NCBI GenBank assembly: GCA_038212275.1
Contig: JBBQUR010000007.1
Span: 160,440 to 224,439 of the forward strand
Reading direction: 5' to 3'
Length of the DNA stretch: 64,000 bases
Source of the DNA: Planctomycetota bacterium
GTDB lineage: Bacteria > Planctomycetota > B15-G4
In this document: positions 8,969 through 18,910 of the stretch, piece by piece
How the letters are laid out: every line of letters begins with the position of its first letter
Position numbering within the stretch: position 1 is the stretch's first letter
Notes under the pieces: generated by a model
Told to the model about the DNA's origin: nothing
Database searches by the model: none
Seen by the model: the letters and a program-made list of their open reading frames with translations, nothing else
Position numbers and translations under genes: made by a program

Positions 8969-10918
8969 GTGACCGAGCGCACTCGACACAGGTTGGCCGC
9001 CGCGGGACTCGCGCTGCTCCTCATCGTGGCGCCGCTGGCACTGATCGAGTGGGGATTGCGCATCGCCGGCCGCGGCCCCCCGCCGATGCCCTCGCCTTTT
9101 CCGGACGACCCAGCGCTGGGCGCCGACGGAAGCGGTGCGCTGCCCGACGTCGAACTGTTCTACAGGCTGCGGCCCGATGCCCGGTTCCTCGGCTACTACC
9201 GCATCAATTCCCTCGGCGCCCGTGGCCCCGACGTGCTGCCCGCGCGCCGGCCGGGCACCCTGCGCGTCGTGTGCACGGGAGACTCGTCCACCTTCGGCCT
9301 CGGCGTCCCGGAGGACCGCGCGTGGCCCTTCGTGCTGAAGCGACTTCTCGACGCCGCAGTCGGCGACCTGGTGGAGGTGGAGGTCATCGACTCGGGTGTG
9401 CCGGGCTACACCTCGACGCAGAATCGCGTGCAGGTCGAGCGCGACCTGCTGGCATTGCAACCGGATGTCGTCGTATGGATGCCGATGGGCCACAACGACA
9501 ACGTGCGAGTCGAGGGGCGCGACGATGGAGAAGCTCTGGAGTACCGTCGCAGCCTCGCCTTCCGCCTCTCGCGTCTCGCCCTTCCCCGCGCCCTGGGCCT
9601 GAACGCCGACGTGGCGACGCCAGCAGACGCCGATTCGAGGGGACCTGCCGGGGCCGATCAGGAGCACATGCGCCCGCGTGTTCCGCTGCCGGCCTTCGAG
9701 CAGAACCTGCGCGCAGTGGCCATTGCCTGCGCCAACGCCGAAGTCCCGCTGCTGCTCGTCGTGCCGCCTCACGGAGAGGTGCTGCGGGAGCGCGCGCCCG
9801 AAGAGGCGGCGACTGAAGGCATCGTGCTGCGTGTTGCCGACGAACTGCATGTGCCCATCGCCGACCCGCGCGCCTCGCTGGCCGCGCTCGGTGCGCGTCC
9901 ACTCTTCCCGGATACCGTGCACCCGAGCCCTGATGCACACGCGGTCATCGCGTGGCACGTGTTCGAGAGCCTCGCTGCGCCCGGCATGCTCCCGTGGCCT
10001 GCAGGTCGTGACGGCTTCGCGCGCGCGTGGATCGGAGCGCATCGCGACGGGCTCGCCTCGCCGGGACGTCTCCAGGCCCTGCTCGATCCGACGGCCCCGC
10101 CTGACTGGCGCGAGCTGCTCGCAGCCATGCGCGGTGCCGCACCGGATGAGCACGACGTGCCGCCGGAGCTGCTGCAGCTCGACCCGCTCGATGGCTCGCG
10201 TCGCAGTCCCTACGATCTCGGGCGCCTGCTGCTCGCGGACGCGGCGGACAGCACGGCGGAACTCGAGGCTCGAGTGGCGGCGTTGCGTGAGCACGTCACG
10301 CCGACGGATGACCTCGCGCTGCTGCTCTTCGCGTCGGGCGTCGACGCTTCGAGGCAGGGACCCGCCCCTGCGCCGGATGCGCTGCTCGTCGCGCGCGCCC
10401 TGGCCGCTCGAGATGCCTTTCTCGGCGCGCACGCTCAGCTCCACGACGATCGCCTCGACGAAGCCAGGCGCCTCGCCCTCGCTGGCGACACGCCCGGCGC
10501 GCTGGCGCTGGTCGAACAGGTGCTGGCGTTGAACCCGGGATGCGCGGAGGCCTACGAGGTGCGCGGCTTCGCCCTCGAGCGCTCGGGCAATCGCAAGAGC
10601 GCGCTGGAGGCCTACGCGATCGGCAGCCAGCTCGAGCCCGACTCCACCACCGGCCTCTTCCTGCTCGGGCGAACGACGCTGCAGCGCGGCGATCCGGAAA
10701 CCGCCGTCACCTGCCTGGAACGCGCCCTGCAACTCGACCCGGCACACAAGCTGGCGCGCCTTGCACTCATCCACGCCCGGTTGCGCCAGAACCTGCCCGA
10801 CGAGGCGGAGCAACAGTTGCGCACGCTGCAACGGGTCGGTGTCGGTGATGTCGCCGACGTGCCCGCGCTGGAGGCGGCCATCGCCGAAAAGCGGGCCGCG
10901 CTGGCCGGGGCGCGCTGA
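8969..10918 (+). CDS. Membrane-anchored SGNH/GDSL hydrolase-fold protein with C-terminal TPR repeats
   Basis: N-terminal TM helix; blocks GDSSTFG, GVPGY, GHND, DTVHP; TPR-like helices (ALALNPGCAEAY, ALQLDPAH). Confidence 0.85.
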   Translation: MTERTRHRLAAAGLALLLIVAPLALIEWGLRIAGRGPPPMPSPFPDDPALGADGSGALPDVELFYRLRPDARFLGYYRINSLGARGPDVLPARRPGTLRVVCTGDSSTFGLGVPEDRAWPFVLKRLLDAAVGDLVEVEVIDSGVPGYTSTQNRVQVERDLLALQPDVVVWMPMGHNDNVRVEGRDDGEALEYRRSLAFRLSRLALPRALGLNADVATPADADSRGPAGADQEHMRPRVPLPAFEQNLRAVAIACANAEVPLLLVVPPHGEVLRERAPEEAATEGIVLRVADELHVPIADPRASLAALGARPLFPDTVHPSPDAHAVIAWHVFESLAAPGMLPWPAGRDGFARAWIGAHRDGLASPGRLQALLDPTAPPDWRELLAAMRGAAPDEHDVPPELLQLDPLDGSRRSPYDLGRLLLADAADSTAELEARVAALREHVTPTDDLALLLFASGVDASRQGPAPAPDALLVARALAARDAFLGAHAQLHDDRLDEARRLALAGDTPGALALVEQVLALNPGCAEAYEVRGFALERSGNRKSALEAYAIGSQLEPDSTTGLFLLGRTTLQRGDPETAVTCLERALQLDPAHKLARLALIHARLRQNLPDEAEQQLRTLQRVGVGDVADVPALEAAIAEKRAALAGAR

Positions 10919-10940
10919 GCCGGGGCGCTGCACGCTCCCG

Positions 10941-12365
10941 TCAGGCGGGCACCACGCCGGGGACCCCGCGAAGCACGCCCCGCGTATCGACGATGAGCCG
11001 CGCCGAGCGGGCCACGAGCGCCCAGTCGATGGCCGCGTGGTCCGTGGCGATCAGCACCACGTCGTACGCAGCGAGACGCACCGCATCCAGCGGCACGGAG
11101 CGGAGCGCGGCCAAGGGCTGCGATACCGGCAGCCCTCCATGAGCGGCCGGAACCGCCGGCACGTGCGGGTCGTGGTATTCGGCGTGAGCCCCGGCTTTCA
11201 GGAGCAAGTCGAGGAGCCGCAGGCTGGGGCTCTCGCGCACGTCGTCGATGTCGCGCTTGTAGGCCAGTCCGAGCACCAGCACGCGCGCACCCGAGAGCAG
11301 GTCGCCCTGCGGCACGACATCGTCCGGCTCACGGCGGGCGGCCAGCGCTTCGCGCGCACGCGCGAGCACGTAGTCCGGCATCGCGCGATTCACCGCGCCG
11401 GCCAGCGCGATGAAGCGCGCCTCCTGTCCGGCCTCGCGCGCCTTCCAGGCGAGGTAGTAAGGATCGATCGGAATGCAGTGACCGCCCCATCCGGGGCCCG
11501 GCCGGAATTCCTGGAAGCCGAAGGGCTTCGTCGACGCTGCGTCGATCACCTCCTGGATGTCGATGCCCATCGCCGTGAGCAGCATCTTCATCTCGTTGAC
11601 CATCGCGATGTTCACCGCGCGGTAGATGTTCTCGAGCAGCTTGGCGGCCTCCGCCACCTCAGCGGAGCTCACCGGCACGACGCGCTGCAGCACCGCGCCG
11701 TAGAGCGCCATGGCCGCCGTGCGCGACGCCTCGTCGAGGCCGCCGACCAGCCGCGGGATCGTTTCGGTGGACATCGGCCCGCGGCCAGGATCCTCGCGCT
11801 CCGGCGAGAAGGCGACGAAGACGTCGCGCCCGCAGACGAGCTCCGGGCCGGCGGCGCCGAGCGCAGGCGTGCGCGGGGCAGTCAACGCGGGCAGAAGCAC
11901 CTCGCGCGTCGTGCCGGGATAGGTGGTGGATTCGAGCACCACCAGCTGCCCCGGGCGCAGCGTCGCCGCGACGGCCGCTGCGGCGGCGCGCACGTCCGCC
12001 AGGTCGGGCGCGTCGCCCGGCCCGAGCGGCGTCGGCACGCAGATGAGGACTGCGTCGGCCTCGCCGAGGCGCGAGGCGTCGGTGGTTGCCGCAAAGCGCT
12101 TCGTCGCCAGCAGCGTCGCGACGAAGTCCGCCCCGAGGTGATGGTGCGGCGCTTCCCCGCGCTGGAGCTGGCCGATGCGGCTCTCGTCGCGGTCGATGCC
12201 GAGCACGCGGAATCCGCCGCGCGCGAAGGCTCCCGCGATGCCCAGTCCCACGTAGCCGAGCCCGACCACCGCCACGACGGCCGTCCGCGCCTCGATACGC
12301 GCGAGCAGCGACGCCAGCGCGGCGCCGGACTCGGGTGCCGGCGAATCGTGTGCGTCATGCGGCAT
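10941..12365 (-). CDS. UDP-N-acetylhexosamine/nucleotide-sugar 6-dehydrogenase (WbpA/WecC family)
   Basis: GLGYVG, ICVPTP, ESTTYPGTT, FSPEREDPG, KLLENIYRAVNIA, PGPGWGGHCIPIDP, GLAYKRDIDDVRESP. Confidence 0.92.
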   Translation of the reverse strand: MPHDAHDSPAPESGAALASLLARIEARTAVVAVVGLGYVGLGIAGAFARGGFRVLGIDRDESRIGQLQRGEAPHHHLGADFVATLLATKRFAATTDASRLGEADAVLICVPTPLGPGDAPDLADVRAAAAAVAATLRPGQLVVLESTTYPGTTREVLLPALTAPRTPALGAAGPELVCGRDVFVAFSPEREDPGRGPMSTETIPRLVGGLDEASRTAAMALYGAVLQRVVPVSSAEVAEAAKLLENIYRAVNIAMVNEMKMLLTAMGIDIQEVIDAASTKPFGFQEFRPGPGWGGHCIPIDPYYLAWKAREAGQEARFIALAGAVNRAMPDYVLARAREALAARREPDDVVPQGDLLSGARVLVLGLAYKRDIDDVRESPSLRLLDLLLKAGAHAEYHDPHVPAVPAAHGGLPVSQPLAALRSVPLDAVRLAAYDVVLIATDHAAIDWALVARSARLIVDTRGVLRGVPGVVPA

Positions 12366-13749
12366 GCAGCAGCTCCCGCCCCTTGTGCATCGCCCGCTCC
12401 CAGCGACCGGAGACGTACAGCGCGGTGACGCCAGCCGCTTTCAGCGCCGCACTCACGAGGATCGCGATCCACACGCCCTGCAAGCCCCAGCCGAGCCCCA
12501 GCGCGAACAGCCACGCGAGCGGAATGCGGAGCGCGTTGCCTGGAATCGAGATGGCCACTGTACGCGCGGTGGACCCTGCGCCTGCCATCGCGTCGCTGTA
12601 GACCGTCTCAAGGGCCTGAGGAATCTGGCACAAGGCCATGATCCGGATGTAGCCGGACGCGATCTCGATGATCGCCGGGTCGCTCGTGTAGATGCCCGCG
12701 AGCTGCCGCGCGAACAACGCCATGCACGTCCCCGTGCCCAGCATGATCACCGAAGCCATCGCCGTGCCGACGTGACCGGCGCGCCGCGCGCGCACGAAGT
12801 CGCCGCCGCCAACCGCATGGGCGCACACGATGCCTGTCGCCGCGCCGATGCCGAGAAGCATCATGAACGAGATGCTCTCCACGCCGCGGAAGCCGATGCC
12901 GTACGCCCCGTAGGCATCCTGGCTGAAGCGGCCGACGACCTGCAGGATGAAGACCCCCACCAGCGCATAGAGCAGCGTGGACGCACCGGCCGGCAGTCCG
13001 ACGCGCAGGATCTCCCGCACGACGCGGGCATCCCAGCGATAACTCCTGCGCTCGAGAAGCGGCGCGAACCCGTAGCGGCGCACCATGAGTCGCAGCCCGA
13101 GCACGCTCACGAGCAGGCGCGAGATGCCGGTCGCGATCGCGGAGCCGACGACTCCGTGCCCCGACAGCGACAGCACCGTGCCGCCGAGGTGCAGCTCGTG
13201 CGGCAGCACCAGCACCCAGTTCAGGCCGGCATTCACGAGCATCGCGAGGCACTGCAGCTTGAACGGCGTGGCCGTGTCGCCCAGCGCCTGGAAGGAGAAG
13301 TCGAGAATGGGCTGCAGGAACAGGAAGGGCATGAACAGGAAGAGCGTGCGCAGGAAGGACGTGGCCTCGGCCACGACGTCCGGCGCACCGCCCATGAACG
13401 AAAGGATCTCCGGCGCGAAACTCCAGACGAGCACGGTGAACGGCACCACGACGCGCAGCGCGAGGCCGATACCCTGCGCCAGCGCGAGGCACGCGCCGTC
13501 GCGCTGCCCCGCGCCGATGCGTCGCCCCACGAGCGACTGCGTGCCGCGAGCGTGCACGAGCACCACGCCGAACGTGGCGATCTGCACCATCATGAACAGG
13601 CCCAGCGCATTGCTCGCGGTCGGCGAGACCTTGCCCAGGAAGTAGACGTCGATCTGGTTGTAGGCGTTGGGCAGGATGAAGGAGAGCGCCGCCCATGGCG
13701 CGAGCCGGCCGATGGCGCGCAGGATCGGCTCGTCCTTGCCTTCGCTCAC
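12355..13749 (-). CDS. MATE-family transporter (possible flippase)
   Basis: About 12 hydrophobic segments; IDVYFLG, QALGDTATP, GVVGSAIAT, ILRVGLP, WGLQGVW. GTG start at 13749 preferred over the ORF-track start. Confidence 0.85.
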   Translation of the reverse strand: MSEGKDEPILRAIGRLAPWAALSFILPNAYNQIDVYFLGKVSPTASNALGLFMMVQIATFGVVLVHARGTQSLVGRRIGAGQRDGACLALAQGIGLALRVVVPFTVLVWSFAPEILSFMGGAPDVVAEATSFLRTLFLFMPFLFLQPILDFSFQALGDTATPFKLQCLAMLVNAGLNWVLVLPHELHLGGTVLSLSGHGVVGSAIATGISRLLVSVLGLRLMVRRYGFAPLLERRSYRWDARVVREILRVGLPAGASTLLYALVGVFILQVVGRFSQDAYGAYGIGFRGVESISFMMLLGIGAATGIVCAHAVGGGDFVRARRAGHVGTAMASVIMLGTGTCMALFARQLAGIYTSDPAIIEIASGYIRIMALCQIPQALETVYSDAMAGAGSTARTVAISIPGNALRIPLAWLFALGLGWGLQGVWIAILVSAALKAAGVTALYVSGRWERAMHKGRELLHAA

Positions 13750-13771
13750 GCTCGGGAGGGCGGGCAGCGGC

Positions 13772-14425
13772 TCAGCGGCCGCGCGGCGCGCCGTCCTTCG
13801 ACTGCTCCGCGGAATCCGGCGGCGTGGTGTCGGGTCCGCTCGCACCGAGACCCAGGCCGATGATCCCGGCCTTCTCCCCGAGGTGCCAGATCAGGCGCAC
13901 GTCGGAGCGGGTCACGTACTCGAGGTGCATCACCAGCCGCTCGGTCGACCAGCCCGGCTTCAGCTCGGTGCTCGGCAGTGCGACGCCCTCCGTGCCGTCC
14001 ACGAGGAAGAAATGCAGCGCGCCACCCAGCGACACCGTGAAGCCCATCCGGTAGCTGGCCGGCTTGAACGTGTGGTCTCCCGCGCGCAGCGTCACGCCGG
14101 ACTTCAGCATGAGGCCCTGCGCGAGGTGGGACATCACCTGCAACTGGTGCAGGCCCAGGGCATCCATGCCCTCGGACTCCTGGTAGCGCGCGAGGTCCGG
14201 ACCGATCTGGCGCTGGTCCAGGCGCAGCTCGAGCGCGGACTGCGGCAGCGTGAGCGTGATCGAACAGGTCGGATCTTCGTTGGGACCTGCCGGCGCCGGC
14301 ATGAACGCGAGCGACACGGCCAGCACGATGCCCGCAAGGAGCACACACGCCACCGGCCCGGAGTTGCTCCGAAACATGCGCTGGAACCTGGGCTGGAACC
14401 TGGGCTGGAACCTGGGCTGGATCAT
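13772..14425 (-). CDS. Hypothetical exported protein
   Basis: 3' part of ORF 13772..15826; hydrophobic signal-like segment VACVLLAGIVLAVSLAF followed by a globular domain. Start is 14425 or 14377. Confidence 0.6.
   Translation of the reverse strand: MIQPRFQPRFQPRFQRMFRSNSGPVACVLLAGIVLAVSLAFMPAPAGPNEDPTCSITLTLPQSALELRLDQRQIGPDLARYQESEGMDALGLHQLQVMSHLAQGLMLKSGVTLRAGDHTFKPASYRMGFTVSLGGALHFFLVDGTEGVALPSTELKPGWSTERLVMHLEYVTRSDVRLIWHLGEKAGIIGLGLGASGPDTTPPDSAEQSKDGAPRGR
14381..14420. repeat. 12-bp tandem repeat (CTGGAACCTGGG x about 3.3; encodes QPRF repeats on the minus strand)
   Basis: ctggaacctgggctggaacctgggctggaacctgggctgg. Confidence 0.85.
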
Positions 14426-14518
14426 GGGCTGCGGACCTCCGGCTTCGTGAAGCGTGCTCCGCGGGGAAGCTCGCTCCGCAGGATGCCGGGATTGTAGACG
14501 CCACCCGGGACCGGAAGA

Positions 14519-15871
14519 ATGGCCCCGATGAACGCTCGTGCTCGCATCGCCGTCGCCGGAGGCGGGCCCTCGGGCCTGATGATCGCGCGGCTGCTGGCGC
14601 AGGACGGCCACGAGGTGGAGGTCTTCGAGGCCAGCGACGGCATTGGGGGCCTGTGCCGCTCGCGCGTGGTCGAGGGCCACGCCTTCGACCTGGCGGGCGG
14701 CCACATCATGTACACGCGCGATCGCCGCGTGGCCGATTTCTGGACGGAGCTCTTCGCCGACGAGCCCTGCGTGGTCACCGAGCGACGCGCCGCCATCCTG
14801 CACGCGCGCGACTGCTGGGTGACGTACCCGTTCGAGAACGCCCTGGGCGAACTTCCGCTCGAGCACAACCTGCAATGCACCGAGGGCGAGATCCGCGCGC
14901 ACCTGCTCCGCGAGCACGTCCCGCCGCCGCGCGATTTCGACGCGTGGATCGAATGGAAGATGGGCGCGGGCATCGCGCAGCACTTCATGCGCCCCTACAA
15001 CCGCAAGATCTGGAAGGCCGACCTCTCGCAGGTGAGCACGGCGTGGATCGCGGACCGCGTGCCGGACGCGCCGCTCGAGGACATCCTGCGCGCATCGCTG
15101 GGACAGACGACGGCCGGCTACACGCACCAGAGCAGCTTCCGCTACCCGCTGCACGGCGGTTTCGCCGCGATTCACGAGCGCATCGCCGCGCCCATCGCGG
15201 ACCGCATCCGGCTGCGCCACCGCGTCGAGCGCATCGAAAGCACCCGCGACGGCGGCTGGCTCGTGGACGGCACGCGCTGCGATCACGTCGTGAGCACGGT
15301 GCCTCTGCACGTGCTGCCGAAGCTCATGCCCGGCCTGCCCGCCGACGTGGCCGGCGCGGCGTCCGCCCTGCAGTACCGCGGCGTCGCGGGCTACCTGTTC
15401 GGCGTCTCGATGCGCGACGTGCGTCCGTTGAGCTGGGTCTACCTGCCGCACGCGTGGCAGGGGCCGGCCAATCGCATCACCTACCTGAGCAACTACAGTC
15501 CCGGCAACGCGCCGGCAGGCCGCGGCTCGATCCTCGCCGAGGTCACCTACGAGCCGGGCCGCGAGCCGGACGTGTCGCCCGCGGGGCAGCGCGCGCTGGC
15601 GCGGGCGCTCGCCGACGCAGGCATCCTTCATCTCGAGGATGTCACCGTGATGGATGCCGCGCTCAACCCGGTGAGCTACATCCTCTACGATCTGGACTTC
15701 GAGGCGAAGCGCAACGCGGTGCTGGGCCACCTCGATGCGCTCGACGGCTTCCACGCGCTCGGGCGTTTCGGCCGGTACGAGTACCACAACAGCGATCAGT
15801 GCCTCGCGCAGGCCTTCGATCTGCACGCCCGCCTCGCGCCTCTCCTCGCACGCGGCGGAGGCCCGGGCTGA
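14519..15871 (+). CDS. FAD-dependent oxidoreductase, UDP-galactopyranose-mutase/protoporphyrinogen-oxidase-like
   Basis: GGGPSG Rossmann fold, GGLCRS, FDLAGGH, YPFEN, PYNRKIW, FRYPLHGG, GRFGRYEYHNSD. Confidence 0.8.
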   Translation: MAPMNARARIAVAGGGPSGLMIARLLAQDGHEVEVFEASDGIGGLCRSRVVEGHAFDLAGGHIMYTRDRRVADFWTELFADEPCVVTERRAAILHARDCWVTYPFENALGELPLEHNLQCTEGEIRAHLLREHVPPPRDFDAWIEWKMGAGIAQHFMRPYNRKIWKADLSQVSTAWIADRVPDAPLEDILRASLGQTTAGYTHQSSFRYPLHGGFAAIHERIAAPIADRIRLRHRVERIESTRDGGWLVDGTRCDHVVSTVPLHVLPKLMPGLPADVAGAASALQYRGVAGYLFGVSMRDVRPLSWVYLPHAWQGPANRITYLSNYSPGNAPAGRGSILAEVTYEPGREPDVSPAGQRALARALADAGILHLEDVTVMDAALNPVSYILYDLDFEAKRNAVLGHLDALDGFHALGRFGRYEYHNSDQCLAQAFDLHARLAPLLARGGGPG

Positions 15872-16839
15872 TGGCCGAATCCCCGCTGGCGGGCAGGGTG
15901 TCGCTCGTGATCCCCACGCTGAACGGCGGCGAGCTGTTCGGGCGCGCGCTCGACATGTGGCGCTCGCAGCAGGGCGTCGGCACGCTGGAGATCGTGGCGC
16001 CGGACAGCGGCAGCCGTGATGGCACGCAGGACCGGCTGCGCGCGGCCGGCGCGCGGACCATGTCCATCCCGCCGAGGCAGTTCAATCACGGCGAGACGAG
16101 GAATCGCGCGGTCTCGGCGACGAAGACCGAGTTCGTCCTGCTGTCGGTGCAGGATGCGCTGCCGCTCGCGCCGGATGTCGCGGCCCGGCTCGTGCAGCCG
16201 CTCGCGGACGACCCGTCACTCTGCGCGACCTTCGGGCGCCAGCAGCCGCGCGCCGACTGCCATCCGGTGCTGGCCGCGCGCATCGGCGCGTGGGCCGGCG
16301 GCAGCGAGCCGGTCGTCCAGTCCCTCGGCGAACGCACGTGGGACGAACTCTCCCCGATGGAGCGGCTGCAACTCGTGCGCTACGACCACGTCATCGCCTG
16401 CGTGCGACGCAAGGCGTGGGAGACGCTGCGTTTCGAGTCGGCCTCCTTCGGCGAGGACGTCCGCTGGGCGACGCGGATCATCCGCGGCGGCGGCGCCATC
16501 GCCTTCGTGCCAGGCGCCGTCGTGGAGCACAGCCACAACCGCAGCGCCTGGGACGAAGCGCGGCGCATCTACTGCGACCACCGCAACCTTTCGCAGCTCC
16601 TGGGGCTGGTCACGGTGCCGCGGCGAAGCCTCATCAAGGTCAACGTGACGGCGGCGCGCGCACACTATCGCGGCCTCGTCGAGGCGCACCCCGACGTGGA
16701 CGCCACCACGCGCGCGCTCTGGCTGCGCTGGTCCGATGACCTTGCCCTGTACGAGAACTGGGCGCAGTACCTCGGCGCCAATCTGTCCCGGGCGGCATGG
16801 TTCGCGCCGGTGGACGCCTGGCTGCGCCGGGGGATCTGA
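15871..16839 (+). CDS. Glycosyltransferase family 2 (rhamnosyltransferase-like)
   Basis: VSLVIPTLNG, DSGSRDGT, FNHGETRN, VQDA, FGED, VEHSH; TGATG coupling to the upstream gene. Confidence 0.88.
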   Translation: MAESPLAGRVSLVIPTLNGGELFGRALDMWRSQQGVGTLEIVAPDSGSRDGTQDRLRAAGARTMSIPPRQFNHGETRNRAVSATKTEFVLLSVQDALPLAPDVAARLVQPLADDPSLCATFGRQQPRADCHPVLAARIGAWAGGSEPVVQSLGERTWDELSPMERLQLVRYDHVIACVRRKAWETLRFESASFGEDVRWATRIIRGGGAIAFVPGAVVEHSHNRSAWDEARRIYCDHRNLSQLLGLVTVPRRSLIKVNVTAARAHYRGLVEAHPDVDATTRALWLRWSDDLALYENWAQYLGANLSRAAWFAPVDAWLRRGI

Positions 16840-16963
16840 CTCCACGCGCGGAACGCGGCACCCTTGCCGGCACGTCCGTTCGACAACCTCGCGCCGCCAT
16901 GCAGCGGCACCCCCCGCCGCCGACGCTTGCCCGGTTGCCGTCCGCGGGAGACGATGAGGGTCC

Positions 16964-18910
16964 ATGTCCGCCCGCCGAATCGTCATCCTGTTGCTCCTGG
17001 CCGGCGGCCTGACGGCGCTCATCCTCGGCCGGGTCTACGCCAACCCGCCGCGCACGGTGGTGCTGATCTCCATCGACACGCTGCGGCCCGAGCGACTCGG
17101 CGTCTATGGCGGCCAGCCCGGCACCTCACCGAACATCGACGAACTGGCGAAGACTTCGGTGGTGTTCGACCAGGTGCTCGCGAACTCGCCGTGGACGCTG
17201 CCCTCCCACATGACCATGCTCACCGGGCTCGATCCGGTCGCGCACGGCGTGCGCCGGGATGGCTACCACTTGTCCGGGCGCGTGACGACGCTGGCCGAGG
17301 CTCTGCGGGACGCGGGCTTCCGTACCGGAGGGTTCACCGCGGGCGGCTTCGTGGCCGCTCGATACGGCTTCGGCGAGGGCTTCTCCGTCTACCGCGAGAG
17401 CTACGAGCCACCCGGCGGCGGCGCGAGCGGGTTTTCGCGCATCCTTCCCGAGGCGCTCGAGTGGCTCGGACGGAGCCGGCAGGACACCTTCCTCTTCCTG
17501 CACACCTTCGACGTTCACGCGCCTTACGACACCTGCGACCCGGAGACGCTGGCGAGCTTCCGCAGCCGGCCCGTGAAGGACGGTGCCGATGACTACCAGC
17601 TCCACCGGCTCTCGTACCTCTACCAGCAGAACAAGATGCGTGTCACGGAATACGCGCGCATCGGCGAGTTGCTCAACGACTACGACGCCGGCGTTCACAT
17701 GGCCGACGCGGGCGTGGGTCAGGTCATCGAGGCGCTGCGCGCCACCGGGCGGCTGGACAACGCGCTGATCATCGTCACGTCGGACCACGGCGAGTCCTTC
17801 GCGGATCACGGCGTGCACATCGGCCACGGCATCGGCCTCACCGACGACGAACTGCACGTGCCGCTCCTCATGCGGCTGCCGCACGATCAGTTCGCGGGCA
17901 AGCGCATCGGCACGCTGGTCGATCTCGTGGATCTGGCCCCCACCGTGCTCGACGTGATGGGCGTTCCCGCGCCGCACGAGATGGCCGGTGAAAGTCTCGC
18001 AAAGCTCGCGGCCGGGACGCCGCGCCACCGCGATTACGTGATGGGCCTCTCGCAGAACACGGAGGCATGCTTCCTCGTGCGCGACGGCTTCAAGTTCATT
18101 CTGTCGCCGTCGATTCCGCCCATGGACATCGCCAAGCGCCACCTGGGGCCGATGACGCCCGACGCACCGGGCGCCGATCCGGGCGATGAATACGAACTCG
18201 GCCACGACCCGAAGAACCCGATCCTGCTGCACTACGACGTCGCGGGCGATCCGCTCGGCATCCGCGACGTGCTGCTCGACGTCCCGCAGCTTTACGACCG
18301 GGCCAAGGATCCGCAGGAGCGCGACAATCTCTGGAAGCAGGACCCGAAGCGCGTCGAGGTGATGTCCGGCTTTCTCAAGGAGCTGTACCTGAGCTCCGCG
18401 CAGGTGCACAAGGACCTTGACGACGGCCTGGCGCCTGAGCCGGTGGACCCGCACGTGCAAACGGCGCTCTCCCAGCTTGGTTACCTCGCAGCCGCGGACG
18501 CGACCGAGCAGCGCGCCAACTACGACCAGCTGCCGATCGCGCTGCGCGCGCCGTTGAGCAAGCCCTACGAGCCTCCGGACACGGGTGAGCTCATCGAGGG
18601 CGACCAGGCCGCGCAGTTCACGCGGCGCCGGATCGAGGACGGCGACGTGCCCCCGGACACGGTGCAGCGCGCGCTGCAATCGATCGGCAACAAGTACGTG
18701 GCGTGGGCCGTGAAGAATCCGGACTGCATCGCGCGCGTGCGCTGGCGTGTCGAGGCGCTCACGGAGCTGGCGCAGAAGGCCGGCGTCGAGCTGGACATGG
18801 ACCTGTGGCGCAAGCGCTTCTTGTCGCTCGAAGCCAAGGTGGCGAAGGAGCAGCATCAGGTCGCTCCACCGCCGGCTCCGCTGCAGGATCCCCCACCGGA
18901 TCCACGATGA
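16964..18910 (+). CDS. Membrane-anchored sulfatase/alkaline-phosphatase-superfamily protein (Thr at the nucleophile site)
   Basis: ISIDTLR, SPWTLPSHMTMLTG, HTFDVHAPY, TSDHGE, HVPL, DLAPT. Confidence 0.85.
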   Translation: MSARRIVILLLLAGGLTALILGRVYANPPRTVVLISIDTLRPERLGVYGGQPGTSPNIDELAKTSVVFDQVLANSPWTLPSHMTMLTGLDPVAHGVRRDGYHLSGRVTTLAEALRDAGFRTGGFTAGGFVAARYGFGEGFSVYRESYEPPGGGASGFSRILPEALEWLGRSRQDTFLFLHTFDVHAPYDTCDPETLASFRSRPVKDGADDYQLHRLSYLYQQNKMRVTEYARIGELLNDYDAGVHMADAGVGQVIEALRATGRLDNALIIVTSDHGESFADHGVHIGHGIGLTDDELHVPLLMRLPHDQFAGKRIGTLVDLVDLAPTVLDVMGVPAPHEMAGESLAKLAAGTPRHRDYVMGLSQNTEACFLVRDGFKFILSPSIPPMDIAKRHLGPMTPDAPGADPGDEYELGHDPKNPILLHYDVAGDPLGIRDVLLDVPQLYDRAKDPQERDNLWKQDPKRVEVMSGFLKELYLSSAQVHKDLDDGLAPEPVDPHVQTALSQLGYLAAADATEQRANYDQLPIALRAPLSKPYEPPDTGELIEGDQAAQFTRRRIEDGDVPPDTVQRALQSIGNKYVAWAVKNPDCIARVRWRVEALTELAQKAGVELDMDLWRKRFLSLEAKVAKEQHQVAPPPAPLQDPPPDPR